From Minisyncoccia bacterium (GTDB lineage Bacteria; Patescibacteriota; Minisyncoccia; UBA6257; GWB1-50-10), in NCBI GenBank assembly GCA_049971465.1, contig JBMFLB010000002.1, positions 1 through 39,797 of the forward strand: 39,797 nucleotides of DNA, in the 5' to 3' direction. Under the pieces are notes generated by a model that did not search any database, was not told where the DNA came from, and saw only the letters and a program-made list of their open reading frames with translations. Shown one piece after another: positions 33,284-39,797 of the stretch (within the stretch, counting starts at the first letter, position 1; each line of letters begins with the position of its first letter). Both the position numbers and the translations under genes were made by a program.

Positions 33284-34824
33284 AAATACCAAAAATATTT
33301 ACTGCCAGCATTGAAGGATTAGAAGGAAATTTGGTAGAAGTAGAAGCTGATTTAAATGTTGGCTTACATGCTTTTAATATTGTTGGTTTAGCTGACAAAT
33401 CAGTAAATGAGGCAAAAGAAAGAGTAAACTCGGCGCTAAAAAATTCAAAAATAAAACCACCAACACAAGAAAACAGAAGAATAACTATAAATTTAGCGCC
33501 GGCTGACACTAAAAAAATTGGAACGCATTTTGATTTACCAATTGCCCTTGCTTATTTATTAGCAAGTCAGCAAATAAAATTATTTGATACTAAAAATAAA
33601 ATATTTGTTGGTGAATTATCATTAGATGGCTCATTGCGCCCAATCAAAGGCGCACTAAACATTGCTTTATTTGCAGCTAATAATAATTTTGAATATTTAT
33701 TTCTTCCTGCCGGAAATGCTAAAGAAGCAGCAATAGTAAAAAACATAAAAATAATACCAATATTAAATTTACAACAATTAATTGATTATTTAGAACAAAA
33801 ACAAAATATTGAACCGCAAAAACAAACAGAAATAAATTTTACTAATCAACCTTATTTTGTATCAATAAGTGATATTAAGGGCGAAGAATTTGCAAAAAGA
33901 GCTTTGCTTATTTGCGCTGCTGGCGGACATAATTTATTAATGAGCGGACCCCCAGGCACTGGCAAAACAATGTTAGCTCAATCAATTTTATCTATTTTGC
34001 CAATGCCTGAATTTGATGAAATCATTGAAATAACAAAAATTTATAGTGTAATGGGTTTGCTTGATAAAAATCATCCTTTTGCTAACTTTCGACCATTTAG
34101 AAATCCTCATCATACTGCATCAATTAGTTCAATTATTGGTGGCGGCACCAATTTAAGACCCGGTGAAATAAGTTTAGCTCACCGTGGTGTTTTATTTTTT
34201 GATGAACTACCTGAATTTCATCGCGATATATTAGAAGCATTACGCCAGCCCATGGAAAGTGGAACAATTGTTGTTGCGCGCTCTAAAAATACTATAACCT
34301 TTCCTGCTAAATTTATATTTATTGCTGCAATGAATCCCTGTCCTTGCGGTTATTTTAATGATCCACAAAAATTATGTACATGTACTCCAAATAGCATTCT
34401 TAAATATCAACACAAAATTTCTGGACCATTGCTTGATCGCATTGATTTACAAATAATTGTGCCACGCCTACCAATTAATGAACTAATGAATAAACAAAAA
34501 ACTTCTGCTGATCTAAATCTAGAAAATAAATATAAAAATTTAGTTAAGCAAGCAAGAGAAATACAAAAACAAAGATTTAAAAATACCAACATTTATACCA
34601 ATAGTGAAATGTCATCAAAACAAACTGATGAATTGATTAATATTACTAATGAAGCTAAAACTTTTTTACAAAATTATGCCAATAAAATGTTTTTATCAGC
34701 CCGAAGCTATTATCGTTTGTTAAAAATAAGCAGAACAATTGCTGATTTAGAACAGTCAGAAACAGTAAATAAAGAACATATTGCTGAAGCAGCTCAATAT
34801 AAAATTAATATCAATGAAAACTAA
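33268..34824 (+). CDS. comM: YifB/ComM family Mg-chelatase-like AAA+ ATPase
   Basis: It has an N-terminal Lon-protease-like domain (VEVEADLNVGLHAFNIVGLADKSVNEAKERV), Walker A (MSGPPGTGKTM), Walker B (GVLFFDELPEF) and a CPCGY zinc motif. The ORF-track start is TTG 33268, which overlaps the dksA-like gene by 16 nt. Confidence 0.9.
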   Translation: MQTEIKIPKIFTASIEGLEGNLVEVEADLNVGLHAFNIVGLADKSVNEAKERVNSALKNSKIKPPTQENRRITINLAPADTKKIGTHFDLPIALAYLLASQQIKLFDTKNKIFVGELSLDGSLRPIKGALNIALFAANNNFEYLFLPAGNAKEAAIVKNIKIIPILNLQQLIDYLEQKQNIEPQKQTEINFTNQPYFVSISDIKGEEFAKRALLICAAGGHNLLMSGPPGTGKTMLAQSILSILPMPEFDEIIEITKIYSVMGLLDKNHPFANFRPFRNPHHTASISSIIGGGTNLRPGEISLAHRGVLFFDELPEFHRDILEALRQPMESGTIVVARSKNTITFPAKFIFIAAMNPCPCGYFNDPQKLCTCTPNSILKYQHKISGPLLDRIDLQIIVPRLPINELMNKQKTSADLNLENKYKNLVKQAREIQKQRFKNTNIYTNSEMSSKQTDELINITNEAKTFLQNYANKMFLSARSYYRLLKISRTIADLEQSETVNKEHIAEAAQYKININEN

Positions 34825-35378
34825 CTGCGAGCAAATGGATTTTTTGCCCCATAAACTTCAAAATGAACATGACAACCAGTTGGACCATGGGTATTACCAG
34901 TATTGCCAACTAAACCAATCACATCTCCTTGACTAACATAATCGCCAACTTTAACTAATACTTTAGATAAATGGGCATAACGTGTTTTTGTACCATTGAG
35001 ATGCCCAATAAACACATAATTACCATAGCCATCATTCCAAGAATCATCTCCAGATAATTCAAGTATTAATCCGCTGGCCGATGCTTTAACTGGTCGGCCA
35101 CAAGGAGCCGCAATATCAACTGCATTATAACTATGCAAAATCCCCCAATTATAACCTTGAACTGGCATTATAAAATATCCTTTAAGGTCAACCAATGTTG
35201 ATTTAACCACATCAAACCTATACGAATTTTGATCATTACTGGTTGAACTTGGGGAATAAAAACTAATATCATTATGTATTGCTCCTGCATCTAAATTGAT
35301 AAAATTACTATGGTCGATAAAATTATCATTATTATCAGGATACAAAACGCCTCCACTAACTGCACCGGATTGCATCAT
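34821..35378 (-). CDS. M23 family (LytM-type) metallopeptidase; the true N-terminus is probably further upstream
   Basis: It has AVDIAAPCGRPVKA, TRYAHLSKVLVKVGDYVSQGDVIGLVGNTGNTHGPTGCHVHFEV (HxxxD...HxH LytM motifs). The frame stays open upstream to 35597 and there encodes a basic stretch and a TM helix (see findings). Confidence 0.8.
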   Translation of the reverse strand: MMQSGAVSGGVLYPDNNDNFIDHSNFINLDAGAIHNDISFYSPSSTSNDQNSYRFDVVKSTLVDLKGYFIMPVQGYNWGILHSYNAVDIAAPCGRPVKASASGLILELSGDDSWNDGYGNYVFIGHLNGTKTRYAHLSKVLVKVGDYVSQGDVIGLVGNTGNTHGPTGCHVHFEVYGAKNPFARS

Positions 35379-35610
35379 AATATCTTCAATCGGACCACCA
35401 TAACCAAATAAATTAGTAGTAAAACCAGAAGAAATATTTATCCCAATAAAATCAAAAAAAACAAAAATGATTACAAAAATAATAACCCAAAAATGTTGTA
35501 CTTTAACTAATGCCTTACTTTGTTTAAAAACCGATTTGCTTCCTTTGCTTATTAAATTGTAAATTTTTGTACTAATGTTGTATATTATACATAAAACTTA
35601 AAAAAAATCA

Positions 35611-36393
35611 ATGATTAATAAAAAACTTGGCCAGCATTTTCTAAAATCAAATAAAATACTTACTATTATATCGCAATCAATAAATATTCAAGATGATGAT
35701 ACAATTATTGAAATTGGGCCTGGACATGGTGAATTAACTTCAAACATTCTTCAAGCCAAAAAAAGTATTAAAAAATTAATTCTTATTGAAAAAGATAAAA
35801 ACTTAGCCAATATATTAAAGAAAAAATTTAATCAAAAAAATATTCAAATAATAAATGATGATGTATTGAAAATTTTACCTTTAATTACTACCAATTTAGA
35901 AAATTATAAAATTGTTGGCAATATACCATATTACTTAACAGGAAGATTGCTAAGAATTTTTAGCGAATTAAAAAATAAACCAAAACTTATTATCTTATTA
36001 GTTCAAAAAGAAGTGGCATTAAGATTATCAGCTAATCAGCCTAAAATGAATTTGCTTGCGGCAAGCGTTCAATTTTGGGCTGATGTAAGAATATTAAATT
36101 TTGTACCTAAAACCTGTTTTTATCCTCAACCAAAAATTGATTCATCACTAATTCAACTAACACCTCATAATAATTTATTAACTGATCCAAATTTATATTA
36201 TAATTTTATTAAAAAATTATTTAAGCAGCCAAGAAAAACAATAGAAAATAATTTAAAAATGTTTTATATTAATATTAAGGGGGTGTTAACTAATTATAAT
36301 ATACCACTTAATGCTCGCCCTCAAGATTTAAACATCTCAACAATTATCAAATTACAAAAAATATTGTATAATAATAAAAATGAAAAAAAATAA
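35611..36393 (+). CDS. rsmA: 16S rRNA (adenine1518/1519-N6)-dimethyltransferase RsmA/KsgA
   Basis: It has LGQHFL, the SAM motif IIEIGPGHGELT, NDDVLK and GNIPYYLTG, the canonical KsgA/Erm family motifs. Confidence 0.9.
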   Translation: MINKKLGQHFLKSNKILTIISQSINIQDDDTIIEIGPGHGELTSNILQAKKSIKKLILIEKDKNLANILKKKFNQKNIQIINDDVLKILPLITTNLENYKIVGNIPYYLTGRLLRIFSELKNKPKLIILLVQKEVALRLSANQPKMNLLAASVQFWADVRILNFVPKTCFYPQPKIDSSLIQLTPHNNLLTDPNLYYNFIKKLFKQPRKTIENNLKMFYINIKGVLTNYNIPLNARPQDLNISTIIKLQKILYNNKNEKK

Positions 36394-36778
36394 AATTATA
36401 TTCTTGTTATTAATAAGCATCTTTATGAGCTTGCTAATAAATAATATTGTAAATGCACAAACAGACAAGCCATTTGGTGGTAAGGTGATACCGCTTCAAA
36501 TAGATTTATTTGGAATAGAAATAAATTTATTACAAGCTGGTATTACTTGTACTGGCGAAGGACCCTATTTTATTATTCCAGCTGATCCAGTAAATATACC
36601 TATTGGTCCTTATCTTATTGTGCCTGGGATGACTAAAGAGTATGGTTCTGGGAAACCATCAGTTAGTTCACATATTCTAGGTCTTTATTTTCCTGTTATG
36701 ATTACTGGTCTTTGCTGGACAAACTCTGCGCCGCCAGCTCCAATACCTGTTTTTGTAATAACTATGTATGGAACATAA
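36380..36778 (+). CDS. small secreted Cys-containing protein, unknown family
   Basis: Signal peptide (LLLISIFMSLLINNIVNAQ), then a G/P-rich mature part with two Cys (ITCTGEGPYF, GLCWTNSAPP), ending ..MYGT. It overlaps the rsmA end by 14 nt. Confidence 0.5.
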   Translation: MKKNKIIFLLLISIFMSLLINNIVNAQTDKPFGGKVIPLQIDLFGIEINLLQAGITCTGEGPYFIIPADPVNIPIGPYLIVPGMTKEYGSGKPSVSSHILGLYFPVMITGLCWTNSAPPAPIPVFVITMYGT

Positions 36779-37550
36779 AAAAAATAAAAATAAAATTGCA
36801 AGTATTATTATTTTAAGCTTTGGTTTGCTTATAAGTTTTATTATTATTCTTGGCGCTAATGCAACCAATGCTCAAAACAAAATAAATAATGTTGATACTA
36901 ATCAAATTAATATGGGTTATTTTTTTGCAACAACTACAAATAATTTAATTACTGATTCTTCTAATCAAACCAATCAATTAATTAATGATTATATTGGCTA
37001 TTTATTTAATCACAACCCACAAAAAATTATTACCAAAGATGCAAATGGGAATATTAATGTAGATATATCTCCAACCTATAGCAATTATCTTACCCAAAAA
37101 TATTTATATCAACCATTAGATTATCTAAAATTTACATCTAATGATATTAAAACCGATCCTGATATATCCAAAAACAACCAATTAAAATATATAAAATCAA
37201 TTATAACGATCACACAAAATGCTGCTGTATCAATGCCAACAACAAGAGATGCTTTTTCTAATCTTATTGAAAACAATGACCCCAGTTTAATTCAAAAAGC
37301 AATTAATATTATTTCTCAAGAAATTGACCAAACTAAAAATCTTTCTGTTCCTGTTAACTGGTCTCAATTTCATATTGATTTGCTAAACAATTGGGAACAT
37401 CTTATTGCAATTTATACTGCTGTAATTAATAAAGATTCTGATCCATTAAAAGCAGTTAATGCCTTAAATGATTTAGAACAACGAAATATAGATAGAGCGC
37501 TTGATTTAGCAACTATATTAGTAAATCAATACAATAAATTAACCAAATGA
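36768..37550 (+). CDS. hypothetical N-terminally anchored/secreted protein
   Basis: 260-aa ORF with a signal/anchor sequence (IASIIILSFGLLISFIIILGANATNAQ) and a predicted helical C-terminal half. It overlaps the upstream gene by 11 nt. No family recognised. Confidence 0.5.
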   Translation: MEHKKNKNKIASIIILSFGLLISFIIILGANATNAQNKINNVDTNQINMGYFFATTTNNLITDSSNQTNQLINDYIGYLFNHNPQKIITKDANGNINVDISPTYSNYLTQKYLYQPLDYLKFTSNDIKTDPDISKNNQLKYIKSIITITQNAAVSMPTTRDAFSNLIENNDPSLIQKAINIISQEIDQTKNLSVPVNWSQFHIDLLNNWEHLIAIYTAVINKDSDPLKAVNALNDLEQRNIDRALDLATILVNQYNKLTK

Positions 37551-39190
37551 TACAAAATATTCAAAAAATTTTATCTGGAATAATTATAATAGCATTATTA
37601 GCAAATGTTATTGTTTCAACCATTAAATACGTTTATGCTGATGCTACAGCAGACGTTGTTGCAGCCAAATGTGGAAAAGATGTTCTTATGGATTCTGTAG
37701 CAAACTTAATAAATCAAGGGATATCGTTTGTAACAAATTTGTTAGGAATTAAACCCCCAGAACCAGTACCAACTCATGATGAAGTATTCAGCCTTAAAAC
37801 CTGTATAAATACTGTATTAGATTGGCTTCAACATCATGCTTGGACAGTTGCAAAAAAACAACTTTTAACTCGAATGACTAATCAAATTATTGATTATATA
37901 AAGGGCACTAGTGGTAAACCAAGATTTATAACTGATTGGCAAGGATTTTTAAAAGATTCTTTGACTAATGCCCTTAATATTGAATTATCCAGTGCTTATC
38001 CAGGATTATGTACTGGATTTAAACAGCCCCTGATTGATTTCACTTTAAAAGAAACAAAATTTAAAGTACCAAGACCAATGTGCACACTAAAAGATATGGG
38101 CAGAAATTTGCAGGATGCTTATAGTTTTATTAAAAGTGGAGGGTGGATAACTTATCATGAAAAATGGAGTGATTCTAATAACTGGATTGGAGCCTTAGTC
38201 CAATTAGAAGATACTATCTTTTATACTAAAGCGGAGGCAACAGAAAAAGCAGAAAATACAGCAAATAATGGATTCTTGCCAGTAGCGGCCTGTACTCAAT
38301 GGATGCTGGTTGATTTAAAAAATATGGAGGTAGTAACTACAACCAATGGACCAATAGATAAAGACCATCCTGACGCAAAGCCGTTGTCACCTGATTCTCA
38401 ACATACATGGTTATGCGCACACGAACAAGTTCTAACCCCTTCTAACACTGTTGCTGATTTAACAAATAAAGCTGTTAGCAATCAAGTTGAGACAGTAACT
38501 AATAGTGATGATATTGATGTTTATATAAATGCGATTCTTGATGCTTTATGGAATAAGGCATTAAAAACTGGTATTGCTTCTATACAGAATTTATTTACAC
38601 CACAAAATACACCACAAAATCAACCCAGTGATTGGGATTCAGTGGATTGTTCACTATTAGGACCCGAAGCCAGAGCTCAATGCGAACAATCACAAGGAGC
38701 ACAAGGTCAAAATTCACAAAACAATACTATACAAAATATTACAACTCAATTAAATGGAGTTATCTCAGCCTTAAATAGTGCTTTACCGCTTTATAATGAT
38801 TTAGCATCTTCTACAAATGATGTTTCATTATTAGAATTAGCAAAGCTTCAACAATGTGCCTCGTCCTCGCAGTCGTCATCTATATATCAAGGATACTTTA
38901 ATCAATTATCCGGACAATTATCTAATGTAAGTAGTTCAATCCAAAGCACTATTCAAACAATCAATGATAATATCTCTGTGGCTAATCGTATGTTGTCTTC
39001 AATAAGCGCTTCAACACCAAGCACTAATGATCTTATATCAATGCAAATAGCTGCGCGATCTCTTAGCCAATTTGCAAGCTCTACTATTTCATCAGTACCA
39101 AATATAAGAGCAACAATACAACGAATAGCATCAAGCACAGCTACCTATCTACAACAATGCCAAGGAGGAACAGGGATAAATAATCCTTAA
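37547..39190 (+). CDS. large secreted/anchored Cys-containing protein with an S/Q-rich C-terminal region, unknown family
   Basis: 547 aa with an N-terminal anchor (ILSGIIIIALLANVIVS), about 10 Cys in the ectodomain and a Q/S-rich repetitive C-terminal third. The start overlaps the upstream stop (ATGA). Confidence 0.55.
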   Translation: MIQNIQKILSGIIIIALLANVIVSTIKYVYADATADVVAAKCGKDVLMDSVANLINQGISFVTNLLGIKPPEPVPTHDEVFSLKTCINTVLDWLQHHAWTVAKKQLLTRMTNQIIDYIKGTSGKPRFITDWQGFLKDSLTNALNIELSSAYPGLCTGFKQPLIDFTLKETKFKVPRPMCTLKDMGRNLQDAYSFIKSGGWITYHEKWSDSNNWIGALVQLEDTIFYTKAEATEKAENTANNGFLPVAACTQWMLVDLKNMEVVTTTNGPIDKDHPDAKPLSPDSQHTWLCAHEQVLTPSNTVADLTNKAVSNQVETVTNSDDIDVYINAILDALWNKALKTGIASIQNLFTPQNTPQNQPSDWDSVDCSLLGPEARAQCEQSQGAQGQNSQNNTIQNITTQLNGVISALNSALPLYNDLASSTNDVSLLELAKLQQCASSSQSSSIYQGYFNQLSGQLSNVSSSIQSTIQTINDNISVANRMLSSISASTPSTNDLISMQIAARSLSQFASSTISSVPNIRATIQRIASSTATYLQQCQGGTGINNP

Positions 39191-39193
39191 TTT

Positions 39194-39797
39194 ATGCTTT
39201 ATTTACAAAAATTAAAAACAAATTACAAAAAAATATTAAATAAAAAAATTATTACTTATGCTTTATTATTTGCAATTGTAATTAGTTTTATAAACATATC
39301 TTATGCTAATGCTCTTTTTGGTTTAGGTGATATTGCTACTAATTTTGTTAAAAAATTTATATTTTTTATTGGTTGGATAATTGCTCAACTACTTGCTGTA
39401 TTTTTTAGATTAGCTGCATCTTTTGCTATATTTACCATGACATTAAATGAACAAATAACCTCAAGTCCAGTTGTTAATGTTGGTTGGCCAGTGGTTAGAG
39501 ATTTAACAAATTTAGGATTTGTATTAGCGCTTATTCTTATTGCTTATAGCACAATGCTGCGAATAGAAAATTATACTGCACAAAAACTTTTAGTAAAACT
39601 AATTGCAGCAGCAATATTAGTAAATTTTAGCTTTTATATTGGCGCATTCATTATAAATTTTTCTAATAATTTGGGTATGTTTTTTATGAATCAAATAACT
39701 GGTCAAGGAGCTAATGCTTCAGCAAGTGGATATGAAGTTGCAATGAATTTTCTTTTAGATAAAATTGATCCATCTAATGGCCTTAATGCTAATAATT
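39194..39797 (+). CDS. polytopic membrane protein, possibly VirB6/TrbL-like; 3' end beyond the window
   Basis: The open-ended frame from ATG 39194 reads MLYLQKLKTNYKKILNKKIITYALLFAIVISF...FIFFIGWIIAQLLAVFFRLAASFAIFTM...VGWPVVRDLTNLGFVLALILIAYSTML...LIAAAILVNFSFYIGAFIINF. That gives at least 4 hydrophobic helices. It is not in the ORF track because it is open-ended. Confidence 0.5.
   Translation, partial: MLYLQKLKTNYKKILNKKIITYALLFAIVISFINISYANALFGLGDIATNFVKKFIFFIGWIIAQLLAVFFRLAASFAIFTMTLNEQITSSPVVNVGWPVVRDLTNLGFVLALILIAYSTMLRIENYTAQKLLVKLIAAAILVNFSFYIGAFIINFSNNLGMFFMNQITGQGANASASGYEVAMNFLLDKIDPSNGLNANN

Noticed and set aside
1-39797. Alternative genetic code (UGA recoding, as in some candidate phyla)
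   Set aside because: All long conserved genes (ileS, leuS, gyrA, pnp, comM) read as uninterrupted full-length proteins in the standard bacterial code, so no recoding is needed.

Overview
A 39.8-kb, very AT-rich and gene-dense window. The 60-nt lines I counted by hand are mostly 12-25% G+C. Genes often abut or overlap by 1-16 nt. The content is mostly housekeeping. It includes four class I aminoacyl-tRNA synthetases (trpS, ileS, metG, leuS), gyrA, nusA, rpsO-pnp, an S1-domain protein, rsmA/ksgA, a tatD-like hydrolase, comM/yifB, hsp20, an M16 peptidase, an M23 peptidase, an AI-2E transporter and five tRNA genes (Ala-GGC, Val-GAC, Arg-CCT, Ser-CGA, Leu-TAG). Between these sit many N-terminally anchored, N/S/T-rich surface proteins, four VirB2/TrbC-type 'T4SS pilin-like' small membrane proteins and a GT39/PMT-type glycosyltransferase. 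This combination suggests a small-genome Patescibacteria/CPR-type bacterium (inference, not tested). No rRNA, CRISPR array, transposase, integrase or recognisable defence genes were seen. The standard code reads all long genes, so no UGA recoding is needed.

Most notable observations:
1. ileS carries a complete histidine-phosphatase (PGAM-like) domain inserted between its two zinc-knuckle Cys pairs.
2. A G+C-anomalous coiled-coil + WD40-like repeat gene lies directly 3' of tRNA-Leu. It is bracketed by a GC-rich 15-bp inverted repeat and contains perfect 46-bp internal repeats.
3. -10 boxes (often TGnTATAAT) recur 6-8 nt upstream of first-gene ATGs and 8 nt upstream of mature tRNA 5' ends. No Shine-Dalgarno motifs are visible, which implies leaderless mRNAs and near-leaderless pre-tRNAs.
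4. A NYN/LabA-type RNase gene is wedged into the conserved rpsO-pnp pair.
5. There are two surface/secretion-like clusters. One has three tandem pilin-like genes plus GT39. The other is an overlapping operon after rsmA that encodes secreted Cys-containing proteins and a polytopic VirB6/TrbL-like protein and runs off the right edge.
6. A 406-bp structured intergenic region holds tandem palindromic terminator-like repeats.

All family calls come from motif recognition by eye. Small-motif coordinates were hand-counted and may be off by 1-2 nt.
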